64,000 nt of DNA from NCBI RefSeq assembly GCF_001194135.2, contig NC_068989.1, forward strand, positions 63,292,830-63,356,829, read 5' to 3'. Positions 13,058 through 25,224 of the stretch are shown in pieces. Numbering within the stretch: position 1 is the stretch's first letter; each line of letters starts with the position of its first letter. The position numbers were made by a program, and so were the translations under genes. The notes beneath the pieces are model-generated. The model was given only the letters and a program-made list of their open reading frames with translations. It did no database searches and was not told where the DNA came from. The DNA is from Octopus bimaculoides. Its lineage: Eukaryota.

Positions 13058-13220
13058 ATTATGCCTCCGTTTAAAAAGACAGCAACAGACTGCAGCAATT
13101 CACCACATTCCAGAAGTTACTTTGAACATAATGCAAAACGGTTCATCATCATCTACTGCCCAATCTGATAGAATTCTGGCAGAACTGTGTAGCAACAGAT
13201 CGCCAGCAATTGCTTCATCA
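13058..13220 (+). CDS. Candidate coding exon, unidentified, cut by N gap
   Basis: T-rich acceptor (ttttgttgttctgtttaatatgtacatag|A) then 54 open codons LCLRLKRQQQTAAIHHIPEVTLNIMQNGSSSSTAQSDRILAELCSNRSPAIASS up to the gap. Confidence 0.3.
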
Positions 13221-14034
13221 NNNNNNNNNNNNNNNNNNNNNNNNNNNNNNNNNNNNNNNNNNNNNNNNNNNNNNNNNNNNNNNNNNNNNNNNNNNNNNNN
13301 NNNNNNNNNNNNNNNNNNNNNNNNNNNNNNNNNNNNNNNNNNNNNNNNNNNNNNNNNNNNNNNNNNNNNNNNNNNNNNNNNNNNNNNNNNNNNNNNNNNN
13401 NNNNNNNNNNNNNNNNNNNNNNNNNNNNNNNNNNNNNNNNNNNNNNNNNNNNNNNNNNNNNNNNNNNNNNNNNNNNNNNNNNNNNNNNNNNNNNNNNNNN
13501 NNNNNNNNNNNNNNNNNNNNNNNNNNNNNNNNNNNNNNNNNNNNNNNNNNNNNNNNNNNNNNNNNNNNNNNNNNNNNNNNNNNNNNNNNNNNNNNNNNNN
13601 NNNNNNNNNNNNNNNNNNNNNNNNNNNNNNNNNNNNNNNNNNNNNNNNNNNNNNNNNNNNNNNNNNNNNNNNNNNNNNNNNNNNNNNNNNNNNNNNNNNN
13701 NNNNNNNNNNNNNNNNNNNNNNNNNNNNNNNNNNNNNNNNNNNNNNNNNNNNNNNNNNNNNNNNNNNNNNNNNNNNNNNNNNNNNNNNNNNNNNNNNNNN
13801 NNNNNNNNNNNNNNNTATATATAAACAAACTTTATAAGCGCCGAGTATTTTGGTATTTTGCAGAAAATAGGTGGTCAGATCAATAATTATCTGAACGTCT
13901 GACATAGTAAGGAAGCTAAACCACGCAAAGTAACTCTGCTTGGCACAGATGGATTTTGAACGCTGTTGTGCATGTGCAAAAAGTCTTAACGTTCTAGCAA
14001 ACTTCCACTGTTTATAGCAATGCATAGAATTAAG

Positions 14035-14395
14035 GGATGTAGCATGTGATCGTCATACTCACCATGGCAGAGAAAGTCGTCATGGCGACACCTGTTGAGA
14101 GGCCTATGCAATGTTCCAGAAAGTGTATGGGGTGGAATGTATGAGCCGCACCCAAGTGGACGAGTGGTTCAGATGCTTCCAAGATGACGGAAAAAATGTC
14201 GATAGTGACGAACATTCTCGGAGACTCGCAACCAGCAGAACTGAGAAAAACATCGAGGCTGCGATGGGAAATCGTCAAATCACTATACGTGAGTTATCAG
14301 AGGATGTGCATATTAGTTACGGTTTAGTTCAGTCCATTATCACTCAAGATTTGGGTATGAGACGTTTGTCTACCAAGTTTGGGTCAAAGACACTC
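14035..14395 (+). mobile_element. Mariner transposase N-terminal fragment
   Basis: MFQKVYGVECMSRTQVDEWFRCFQ..DSDEHSRR.ATSRTEKNI..RQITIRELSEDVHISYGLVQSIITQDLGMRRLSTKF. Confidence 0.85.
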
Positions 14396-14731
14396 GGGTT
14401 TCAGTTGCACAAGGTGTCCTTGATTGTGTTGAAAACGTTGAAAAGTTTTTGAAAAGTTTGCGTAGGCCTCTGAGCAAGTATCGCCAATATTTTTGGCAAA
14501 ATTTGATGCGGCTTCTTTGCTCAACTTTCTTTGTCATGGTCAATCTGACTATCACATTTTACACACGTTATTTCCTAGAACTGCTGTAAATAGCAGAAGT
14601 GAGCGAGAACGTTAAAACTCAGTGCGCATGCACAACAGAGTTCAATGTCAATCTGTACGAAGCTGTTTTACATTGCATGCTTTCGATCTGTTACTACGGC
14701 AGCAGTCCGGATACTTATTGATCAGATCGCG
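14396..14731 (-). mobile_element. Mariner 5' end, internally deleted derivative
   Basis: TA|CGCGATCTGATCAATAAGTATCCGGAC TIR-like end; MTKKVEQRSRIKFCQK N-terminus. Confidence 0.75.
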
Positions 14732-14753
14732 TACAGCAAATTTCAAATAGAAT

Positions 14754-14880
14754 ATAGTTGTGACGACAGCCAAGTGAGATTGGGTGTTTTACCTTAGAAG
14801 ATAAAAGTTGATAGCTGATGGGTACGGAGAATCGAAACCCTCTCAGATACCACCTGAGTTCCCCGCACCACTAAGCTGAG
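14754..14880 (-). mobile_element. tRNA-derived SINE-like element (family D)
   Basis: A-box-like TCAGCTTAGTGGTG and B-box-like GGTTTCGATTCTCC. The tail is repeated in inverted orientation at 14905-14998. Confidence 0.5.
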
Positions 14881-14904
14881 TGAACTATTTAATGAACACA
14901 AGGC

Positions 14905-14998
14905 ACACAGCCGTTATCAGAGAGCCGATTGCTGGTGTCATTTTTCTTTCTTCTAAGGGTAAATACCCAATTTTTGTCGGCTGTTTTCACAGTTATAC
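14905..14998 (+). repeat. Second, diverged copy of family D in inverted orientation
   Basis: TCTTCTAAGG.TAAA.ACCCAAT...GGCTGT..TCACA..TATA matches the reverse complement of 14754-14850. Confidence 0.6.
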
Positions 14999-15088
14999 TA
15001 CGTTGGAAATGCTATTTCTTGAATGTAAAAGATATATACATTTTGACTGTATATACGTACACACATATATTCACATATGCTATTTATG

Positions 15089-15149
<61 letters not shown>

Positions 15150-15159
15150 NNNNNNNNNN

Positions 15160-15199
<40 letters not shown>

Positions 15200-15225
15200 A
15201 TATATATATATGTATATATATATAT

Positions 15226-15650
15226 ACACGCGCACCCTGTGGTTATTCAGACTTCGCGAGCAATTTCCTGGAGTGTTACACGACAATCTTCCATGACTAG
15301 TCACCTAGCCTTCTCAATCGGGACCTCATTTCGGCTTGTGGATGACCTGCTTGGGAGAGCGTTACTGTTAACTGAGGTGCGAACCTGTTTCAAGCAGTTA
15401 TACTACTGCTTTGTCGGAGTTTTGGCTATTACATCATCGGCTGATAAATGTTTTGGATCGTTTGAGCTTGAGTATCATCCAGTCTTGGTGCAATGTGTCT
15501 GCTCGATGCGTTCGGTGAAAACGAAAATCCGATGAGCTTGCGCTACATGTCTGTACTTTACACGTAATACCCGGGAAATGAAGCTGACTACTGACTGAGA
15601 AATTATCGCGCATGTTCAGGAAGTGTGACTTTACCCCTCACCCAAAGGAT
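15226..15650 (-). mobile_element. Mariner 5' fragment, decayed
   Basis: Reverse strand reads KQVRTSVNSNALPSRSSTSRNEV.IEKAR.LVMEDCRVTLQEIAREV, i.e. mariner HTH region with stops. Confidence 0.7.
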
Positions 15651-15732
15651 GTTTTACACACCGCTTCAGTTTATGCGGAACATAATGAGTCACATAGTTT
15701 TTGAACGTACGCTGTATACGGATAGACAGACG

Positions 15733-15821
<89 letters not shown>

Positions 15822-16072
15822 GTGTGTGTATATGTGTGTGTGTGTGAGAGAGATAGAGATAGGGAGAGAGAGAGACTTAGCTGGGGAAAGTGGATGCATG
15901 AGCGTGATCGTGCGTTTAAATACAATGAACAATAAAAGGACTTCAATCGTGCGACATCACATAGTAAATAGACTATTAACGTTTTAATGTAAGACATAAC
16001 GTTCTAGGAGCTAGTCTTTCGTCAGAAGCAAAAAGAAGCCAGGGAAGGAAAGAGAAAGTGGAAGTGAGAGAT

Positions 16073-16136
<64 letters not shown>

Positions 16137-16241
16137 GGCGAGAACTAATCACCTAAAAATAGGTGAGAATGTCATGCTATGGACGGGTGAGGCACCCAAA
16201 CGGGTGGAATATAAACAGATAATAATATAAGACCCTATGAA

Positions 16242-16395
16242 AGGTGGCGAACTGGCAGAAGTGCTTCGATGGCGGGTAAAATGATTGGCAACATTTTTGC
16301 CCGTCCTTACGTTCCGAGTTCAAAGCTGCCAGGGTCGCCTTTACATTTCATCCTTCAGGTATTGATCGAATAACTACCAGTTGAGCACTGGGATT
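16242..16395 (+). mobile_element. SINE family A, diverged, 3'-truncated
   Basis: AAGGTGGCGAACTGGCAGAA head, GAGTTCAAA B box, TTTCATCCTTCAGG..TTGATCGAA..TACCAGTTGAGCACTGGG. Confidence 0.7.
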
Positions 16396-16475
16396 TTGAT
16401 TTTATGATGCATTTATGTACATACATTTTCATCCTGTTGAAATGTAAAGCACATATTCTCGTACACATTCCTATA

Positions 16476-16540
<65 letters not shown>

Positions 16541-16589
16541 NNNNNNNNNNNNNNNNNNNNNNNNNNNNNNNNNACTTTTAATCTTCTGA

Positions 16590-16955
16590 TTGCAGCCATA
16601 CTGCAGCCCTGCGTCGGAGGGATTTAATCGAGCAAATCGACGTCAGGAATTATTTAATCTATCGGTATCTTTTAGTAAATTACGGAACGTAAACACACCA
16701 ACACCGACAAGGGACAAACACAGTGACAAGGGACAAACACAGACAGAGACACAGACACACACATGCAAACACACACACAAACACACACACACACACATAC
16801 ACACATACGACGGACTTCTGGCAGTTTTCATCTACCAAATACAATTACAAAACTTTTGTTGTTCCGAGACTCTAGGAGTAGACACCTTCCCAAGGTCCCA
16901 CATCAGTTGGACTGAAACCGAAACCATATGGTTGGGAAACAAGCTTCTTGACAGA
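16590..16955 (-). mobile_element. tRNA-derived SINE family B (CORE-like, resembles octopus OR-type)
   Basis: Reverse strand AAGAAGCTTGTTTCCCAACCATATGGTTTCGGTTTCAGTCC head, CCTTGGGAAGGTGTCTAC core-like segment, internal (TG)n. Confidence 0.7.
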
Positions 16956-16964
16956 TAATTTGTT

Positions 16965-17200
16965 TAAGTCATTAGACTACGGCCATGCTGCGAAATCACT
17001 TTAAACAATTCTAGTCGAATGACTCGACTCTAGTAATTATTTTTTAAGCCTTAGTACTTAATTTATCGGTCCCTTTTTACTAAAATGCTAAATAAACACA
17101 AAAAAACCGGCTGTCAAGCGGTAGTGGGAAACAAACACAGGCACAATGACAAAGAAACACAGAGACACATACAAATATGCACACACCCATACAGACACAC
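16965..17200 (-). mobile_element. SINE family B, 3' half
   Basis: AGTCATTAGACTACGGCCATGCTG tail and AAGCCTTAGTACTTA..ATCGGTC..GGCTGTCAAGCG body shared with 60252 and 60822. Confidence 0.7.
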
Positions 17201-17205
17201 ATTTA

Positions 17206-18070
17206 CGAGTAGGTACCGAAAAATTACCTGAAACGCTCTGTGGGACAAGCCGATTGTAGTTCACGCTTCCACCTCCAGAAACCACTTGAGGTGACACTCA
17301 GGAATCAGCCTGCCTACCAGTGTCTTCATTTTCAGTCGTATATGGTGTGTCTTCGTTTCCCTTGTTCGTCGATTTTTTGAGATAGCTTAAACGAAGGATT
17401 TGGGTGCTTCAGCGAAATTCTATTTACTGCTGGGGAAAAACGGCGGCCGAAACAGCTGCCATGCTTCAAACAGCTTATAAAGACGCTGTCATGAACAAAA
17501 TACAAGATTACGAGTGATTTTCTCGCTTTAGGACTGGTCATTTGTCGCTTTGGATGACAGTTGACCTCCGGAACGAATGAAAACGTCATGAAAATACATC
17601 AACTGATGCTGGAGGACCATTGCCTATCATTTGACGAGCTTGTTGATATAACTAGTGTGACCAGGAGCTGCTGCCTACGAATTTAAAACAAGGAATTGCG
17701 AATGAAAAGAGCTGCAGCAAAATCTGTTGATATGGAAGATCAAAAGTTGTCACTGAATGAGTGTCGTGAAATAAAAGAACAGCTGGAACTTGATCTGGAC
17801 CTTTTTCCGAAAATCATCACTGGTGGCGAAAGGTGTTGTAACATCTACGACTAGAAAATGAAGCAGGAACCAAGGTAATGGAAGCATTCAATATCACCAC
17901 ATCTCCAAAAATCGCGAAAGAGTTTGTTCTTCTTGGTCAAATGTTTAACCGGATATTTTACTTTGGCAGTTCTGAAGTATTTGCGAAATTTGGTGTGACG
18001 AAAATGGCCCGACCTGTGAAGAAGTGGAGAGTAGTAGTTTCATAACAATAATGTACGTGCGCATATCGCC
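17206..18070 (+). mobile_element. Mariner remnant
   Basis: TA|CGAGTAGGTACCGAAAAATTACC TIR-like start, similar to 36498. Decayed LGKTAAETAAMLQTAYKD, MKRAAAK, ECREIKEQLELDLDLFPKIITGGE. Confidence 0.8.
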
Positions 18071-18566
18071 TTCAGTGTGGGTGTGTGTATGTGTGTCTGT
18101 GTTTCTTTGTCATTTTGCCTGTATATGTTTTCCACTAACGCTTGACATCCGATTCTTCCCTAATTGTCCCTTGTGCATATAGTCGAACTTACCAAATCCC
18201 ACATGAATTAGTAACATATTAATGGAAGCAGTAATACAGGAGCTGGGTCTATAATCGGTATTTCTTGTAGAAATGTCTGGTGCACATTTGCTAAAATCCC
18301 CCGAAGCGACATCAAATGAAATGGACACGTAACTAACCAGCTATATACATTAGCAAATATGAGGCACCTGGAATACAGAAACGGCGTTCATATTTGGAAT
18401 GAATTTCATGATAATTACTACCCATCTGTGCATACCAAGGACTAAGTAACAAGCATACGAAAGCCAATATTGACTTTATGATGTATTTATATATAATAGT
18501 ATAAGAAAAATACGAATCTTTTGAATGACCTCGCCTTCAAATATGCTTGAAAATATATACAGATCT

Positions 18567-18820
18567 TAAGGTAGCGAGATGGCAGACATGTTAACACACG
18601 GTTTAAAATGTTTCAACATTTCGTTCGTCATTACGTTCTGAGTTCAAACATTGCCGAGATCACTTTGTCTTTCTTCCTTTCGGGATCGATAAAAGAAGTA
18701 TTTGTTAAACACTGGCGTCATTGTAATATACTAGTCCCCTCTTGCCGAGGTCGACTTTACCTTTCGGGGTCGATAAATTATGTACTCACTCACGCGAATT
18801 TGCTGGCCTTGTGCCTTTAT
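18567..18820 (+). mobile_element. SINE family A, tail type A, with partially duplicated central domain
   Basis: AAGGTAGCGAGATGGCAGA head, TTACGTTCTGAGTTCAAA, two CCTTTCGGG.TCGATAAA segments, TGCTGGCCTTGTGCC tail. Confidence 0.75.
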
Positions 18821-19287
18821 ATCAGTATATACAGTTCTTGTTACAGATCTAAAAGTTTACGAACTAATAAGAAAAGTTTAAACGGCTGATGGTAAGAGTT
18901 TTGTTGACAAAGTTAAAAATATTGTTTATGTTACCATATAACTACGAACAAGTAAATAGTGGAAGTAGCATAAAAGTTTGATGCGACTTCTAAGTAAACT
19001 TTGAGAAGGTTAGGTCTATCTTAACAGCTTAACTTTAATGATATGCTCTCGCAGAAATAGATACTTGTAGAATATATATTTACCCAAAGGAAACATTGAC
19101 TTTCACCGATACACAAATATAAACGCTCTTATCATCACTTCACCGTAACAAGGTACAGTAATATATGTACAGCTATCGTCTTTCTTTCAGACACAAGAAG
19201 TGTATGGTCGGAAAACGTAACATAGAAGATGTGCCTAGATATAGTTAAAACATTCTGTATATACACACACCGACATATATATGTATA

Positions 19288-19324
<37 letters not shown>

Positions 19325-19955
19325 NNNNNNNNNNNNNNNNNNNNNNNNNNNNNNNNNNNNNNNNNNNNNNNNNNNNNNNNNNNNNNNNNNNNNNNNNNNN
19401 NNNNNNNNNNNNNNNNNNNNNNNNNNNNNNNNNNNNNNNNNNNNNNNNNNNNNNNNNNNNNNNNNNNNNNNNNNNNNNNNNNNNNNNNNNNNNNNNNNNN
19501 NNNNNNNNNNNNNNNNNNNNNNNNNNNNNNNNNNNNNNNNNNNNNNNNNNNNNNNNNNNNNNNNNNNNNNNNNNNNNNNNNNNNNNNNNNNNNNNNNNNN
19601 NNNNNNNNNNNNNNNNNNNNNNNNNNNNNNNNNNNNNNNNNNNNNNNNNNNNNNNNNNNNNNNNNNNNNNNNNNNNNNNNNNNNNNNNNNNNNNNNNNNN
19701 NNNNNNNNNNNNNNNNNNNNNNNNNNNNNNNNNNNNNNNNNNNNNNNNNNNNNNNNNNNNNNNNNNNNNNNNNNNNNNNNNNNNNNNNNNNNNNNNNNNN
19801 NNNNNNNNNNNNNNNNNNNNNNNNNNNNNNNNNNNNNNNNNNNNNNNNNNNNNNNNNNNNNNNNNNNNNNNNNNNNNNNNNNNNNNNNNNNNNNNNNNNN
19901 NNNNNNNNNNNNNNNNNNNNNNNNNNNNNNNNNNNNNNNNNNNNNNNNNNNNNNN

Positions 19956-19988
<33 letters not shown>

Positions 19989-20036
19989 TATATAAATATT
20001 TATGTGCGTATGCATGCACATATGTATGTATGTATG

Positions 20037-20069
<33 letters not shown>

Positions 20070-20667
20070 GCTTATCTATGTCTATACTATATGTGCGTAG
20101 AGAGATTCCAAAATGAACATAGCTATTTTTCATATTTTTCAAATAATTATGTCTCTATAATTTTCTAGAGATATGAAATGATGCTCAAAGTTTCCACATC
20201 AAATATCTTCAGACAAAATAACGAGGTTGTTTCGAATAATTCATGGGGCGGGAGGGAACGCATAAGGGCGTTGTAAAAGCAAATTATTTGTATTCGTGTC
20301 AAAAGGAAGAGCTCGAATATATTTGAGAAATTATTTAAATTTCCTTTAATAAGGTGGTGTTAAGTTGCACAAAACAAAATTATAGTGCAATATGAAGTTA
20401 GATATATCTGAAAGTATAGAATGCAAGTGCTCTTACTGAAGCAATTATTATAGAAGTAGATTAAAACATGAGCAGATTTGAAATCTGTCTGATAACACAT
20501 TAATATACTGAAATATCTACTTACAGCATACGTAAACAAACATATAAGTGTACATACATATATACACTCATACATATATACATACATACATGTGTGAGTG
20601 CGTGTGTGTACATATACAAATATATGTATACACACACACACATGCATATGCCTATATATATACAAAA

Positions 20668-20901
20668 AAATAGGACAAGAACGCAAAACATCCAGACAGA
20701 TGATACAAAAGAAAAGGACAAGAAAAAATATTGACGGCTCATTCATAGTTTTGTTTCCTCAGTCGACTTACAGATTTACTTAGCAATTTCGGCTGGTTAT
20801 ACTCGAGATTCCTCCAATCTGGCCAGCCCCAAAGAAATACTAAGCTAAGAGCACTAGAATCCTTGAAAGAAAGCAGCGAATGTATACCAAAACAAGGACA
20901 G
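20668..20901. repeat. Unclassified interspersed repeat, copy 1 of a direct pair
   Basis: High similarity to 21455-21721, e.g. CAATTTCGGCTGGTTATACTCGAGATT and TACTAAGCTAAGAGCACTAGA. Confidence 0.8.
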
Positions 20902-21454
20902 AAAAAAAAACAGAGAAATGGTACGCAAATACAAATGCAAATAACAGGACATAGCAAATGGTGTCTTTCGACTAAGGACGAATTAAATTAAGCTGGCGTG
21001 TGTGGTACTGAAGCCTTACGGCAGGGACATAAGAGATGGCAAGCATGGTGAGGAATATAGATGTTGCACCGATGGTAGTCGAACCAAGAAAGAAACGTCA
21101 GGCTTGGCCGAACACTGGTCACGTGGAGAGAGAGGACAGAGCGAGAGGCAGAAGGACAGAAGAATTAGGGAGGGACGATTAAAGAATGAATGGGACAGAT
21201 TGAAGTGAAAGAGGAGGGAAGGCGAGAATGAAGAGAAAGCCAGGAAATGTGAGAGTGGGGAAACGAAGAAAGAATGAAAGAATAATAGAATCGTACAAAA
21301 TTTATATATNNNNNNNNNNNNNNNNNNNNNNNNNNNNNNNNNNNNNNNNNNNNNNNNNNNNNNNNNNNTATATATATAAATATCTGCATATTGCATATAA
21401 GAGACCAAAGTGTGCGTACTCCGCAATATGTATATAAAAAGGAGTGCAAAAAGG

Positions 21455-21721
21455 AGACAAGAACGCAAAACATCCAGACAGCTAGATGATACAAAAAAGG
21501 GGCAACAAGACATCCAGACAGATGATACAAAGAAAGGACAAGAAAAAAACGCGAACGAGTCATTCGAAGTTGTCTTTCCTCAGTCGAGTTCCAGATTTTC
21601 TGTGCAATTTCGGCTGGTTATACTCGAGATTACTTCAATCTGGCCAGCCCCAAGGAAATACTAAGCTAAGAGCACTAGATTCCTTGGAAGAAAGCAGCGA
21701 GCGTATAAAAAAACAAGGACA
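21455..21721. repeat. Unclassified interspersed repeat, copy 2 of the direct pair, with internal ACATCCAGACAG..ATGATACAAA duplication
   Basis: See copy 1. Confidence 0.8.
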
Positions 21722-22383
21722 TACATTGACGTGTTTGTGTGTGTGTGTTTGTGTGTTTGCTATGTATGTATGTATGCATGCAGTGATTTTTGCATTTGTA
21801 GTTAGGAGGTTTGCTTCCCAAACAGAAGATGTAGAGCTGTGCATCATTGTACAACAGCTTGGTAAAATTTCTAGTCAGTAACCTAAGTCGTGGTGTATTA
21901 CAGTAAATATAAGAAGGGAAAAGAACTGAAGTATTTATGAAATGAAATATGAGAATAGTCTACCGGTTTCCCTTGTTTAGCTAATCATGACTGAAGCGTT
22001 ACTGACAATGCTATAATTCCACGCTATGTTAGTCGTTGTCCTTCGATGTTAGTGTGGGATACAATATTTTATAACTAAACAGGTAAATATAAATTAGGGG
22101 AGGAAATTAATGATTGTACTTAGAAGCAGGGGTAATTAATATTTAGGGCATGTAAAGAGAATTAAACATATGTGGAATGAAATTGCATTGTTTTATTGGA
22201 TTGTAACAGAAATCAAACATGATTATATGTCAAATAACTGTTTCTGCCATCATTAGCCAAGGAAGCAAAACCGGTCGACTTTGTAAATATTTAACTTCCT
22301 CCATACTTCAGTGCATTTTTCATTTTATTTATTTTTATTATATATAAATGTGTGTGTGTGTATACATGCATATACGTAAGTTT

Positions 22384-22414
<31 letters not shown>

Positions 22415-22544
22415 TATATTTACGTAGATGTGTATGTCTGTAGTTATATATATTCATATACATACATATGTATGTGTATATATGTATATATATATATGTA
22501 TATGTATATATATTTATACATGTATATATAATTGTAGATATATA

Positions 22545-22610
22545 TAGCTTAGTTGGGAGAGCGTTAGACTGAAGATCTAAAGGTCCACGGTTCAATCCCG
22601 GGTTTCGGCA
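22545..22610 (+). pseudogene. trnF-GAA (pseudo): tRNA-Phe(GAA) pseudogene lacking the 5' acceptor strand
   Basis: TAGCTTAGTTGGGAGAGCGTTAGACTGAAGATCTAAAGGTCCACGGTTCAATCCCGGGTTTCGGCA matches eukaryotic tRNA-Phe positions 8-73. GCCGAAA is replaced by ATATATA, and the T-stem has an A-G mismatch. Confidence 0.85.
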
Positions 22611-22629
22611 TCGGGAGGCTGCCACGAAA

Positions 22630-22702
22630 CATTTTAAAGGCGGTGCTCCAGCATGGCCGCAGTCAAATGACTGAAACAAGTAAAAGAGAGAGTAAAAGAG
22701 AA
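22630..22702 (+). mobile_element. SINE family B 3' tail only
   Basis: AAGGCGGTGCTCCAGCATGGCCGCAGTCAAATGACTGAAACAAGTAAAAGAG; same tail as 42050-42105 and the reverse of 60822-60885. Confidence 0.8.
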
Positions 22703-22786
22703 TATATATATATATATATATATTTAATTAGAAATATTGCTTTTCTAAATCTCTGAGAGAGACTTATACAGTAGTAGCACGATAAA

Positions 22787-22822
<36 letters not shown>

Positions 22823-24274
22823 AATAAATAGCGTTAACAAGATGGAGTACGTTTAGACAGCTATTTAATAAACGCTACACATGTTCCGATACATCTACAA
22901 CTTAGATCCACATATACACATGCGATGGATGCCTAAGTATAAAATTTGATGTATACCGTAATGCTACTAGCTATTTGATATCTTTTTTATTCTAATACGT
23001 TCCTAACTAAATACACCCTACACACACACACACACACACACACAGAAACACACACACACATATANNNNNNNNNNAACAAATAGAACGCCATATTTTAGCT
23101 TGTCTTGTCTAGATCTATTTGGACAGTCAGACTGGCAGACAGAAAGACAGACAGGGAGAAAGGTACACAAATGGACAGTCAGTTTGAGAGATAGATAAGT
23201 AGATAGATAGATAGATACATACATACATACATACATGCATGCATACATATATATATACATACATACACACATACATATTCTTCCTATACTATTTATACTT
23301 ATGTTGTCAAAATATTGATTTTTTTTTTCTTTTGGTGTTTATACTTTCCTACTTAAATTGGGATTATTGCTTTAAAATTTACCAGTTGGACTGGAGCCTA
23401 CGGAAATGGTCAACCGTGTCAAACTATTGACTGCTGTTGATTGTCGATAATAACGTGAAGGTGTAAAAGGTGACAATTATGCCCCGAGAAAGCGAAAAAA
23501 TAACGTATACGAGTCGTACATTTTAGCTCATTGGCGTGGAATATACAAACTTGTGAAGTGGTTTCCCGTGATCACTCGACCTCCTAATACAGAAAATAAA
23601 TCTTCTACTAATCACAGATTATAGGTTTAATCATAGGCACCTTCGTTATATCGGATGGCAACTACTGAAATAATTTCGAATGTAGGTCTGGTACTAAACA
23701 GGAACAGTACTACACTCATTTTAATTAACTAGCGGGCGCTTATCAAACTTTGTAATTATAAACGGAAAATCATCCAAATCGTCTTTAACTCATTTCGTAC
23801 GGAGTTTAAGTTCAAAAAGACTTGTGCACAACGTAGCGAAAGATACCAGAAATTGATCCACAAGCGCGTGTAAAGTTAAAAACGGGGTGGTTCGGTTTTT
23901 TCTAATGTTGCTTGTTACAAGGAGAGGTGTAATACATTACAGATTTGACTGTAGTCCACCTTAGAACGTTGACGACACCTTGCATAACGCTGACTAGCAT
24001 GCACTATATTCAGAAAAATGAAAATGCCCGTGGATCGAATATCCTTCGAACCAATTATTTAAGAATGTATTACGTTTTATTAAAATTTTCCAATTTCATT
24101 CACAAAGGTCTGCTTGAATACAGATCAGTTGCATTTAATACGTTATTTACATTATTTATTCGACGGATATTTTTTGAATTTAAATTCATATAACTTGGGC
24201 ATCGTCTTTTATCAGTTCTCAACACTTAAATACACAGAAATACATGTCCTTATATATGCAGTTTGTGTCTGATG

Positions 24275-24306
<32 letters not shown>

Positions 24307-25224
24307 ACACGTTATCAGTTCAAAAGCCAAAATCTCACTTTTCATTGAGTGATATCAAAATAACCTGTTCCCAGTAGAGAAAATAATACGTGCGACCGTA
24401 TGTATTGAAGACGATAGTAATGTGGAAAGTGGAAGCCATATTTGCTAAGCAAATTATTTATGAACAATATGAAAAGAATAAATTTCATTTGAACATCATG
24501 CGTCACAATTCCCTCGCATTATGTTTATAAAAGTTGAGAATATAAAGCAGGGAGCAGGCAACATATAGTAAGAAATAATTACGCGATAAATACATGATCA
24601 ATATTAATGAATGATTAATATTTTGTTATTTGGTAAGTATAAGAGGCAACTAAGTGCCTGTTATACTTCCGTCTTCTAATTCCCTACCCAGCGGATATTT
24701 TCCTTTACTTATTGAAATACTTTCAGCAAATGAAAATATGCTAGGAATCTCACTCCTAATTTCGAATTTGTGGGAACTCTCATAAAATATAACTTCCATA
24801 ATATTTTGCTTCCGTTGAGATAATTTTAAAGAGATATCCATTCTCCATGACGTAAACTTTGTTAAAACGGAGTTCATATGGAAAGGTTGGCAGAATGTTC
24901 CGGAATTGTATGCAATATGTTAAAACATTTCACTAAAAATAAATGATGACATCAATTGGATATATGAGCTTGTAAAAAAAAATAGTTTTATACTTTTCAG
25001 TCTAACAGGCAACTTTCCTACGCTTACACACAGGTGCATGTACACAAGCATAGAAACACGCGGACGCGCGCACACACACATGCACATATATATTTATGCA
25101 CATACATACACATACGTGCGAGGATGTATGTGTGCGTAGGACAGTCATAATTATTTTGTATATTATTATTATTGAGTGAGAGAACAGCACATGCCAACAA
25201 GTTGACACTGGGGTAAAACATACG

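Noticed and set aside
18170-18370. Exon-like stretch with strong sites on both strands
   Set aside because: No frame connects the strong minus-strand acceptor and donor without a stop, and the plus-strand 59-nt option has no recognisable homology.
20668-21721. CRISPR-like or other prokaryotic systems
   Set aside because: No regularly spaced repeat-spacer array, operon or bacterial gene anywhere in the window; the sequence is eukaryotic.
22611-22630. GCCACGAAA just downstream of the tRNA-Phe body, resembling the missing 5' acceptor strand (possible permuted tRNA)
   Set aside because: It has a 2-nt insertion, the T-stem is also damaged, and the motif overlaps the start of the SINE tail homology. 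Coincidence is more likely.
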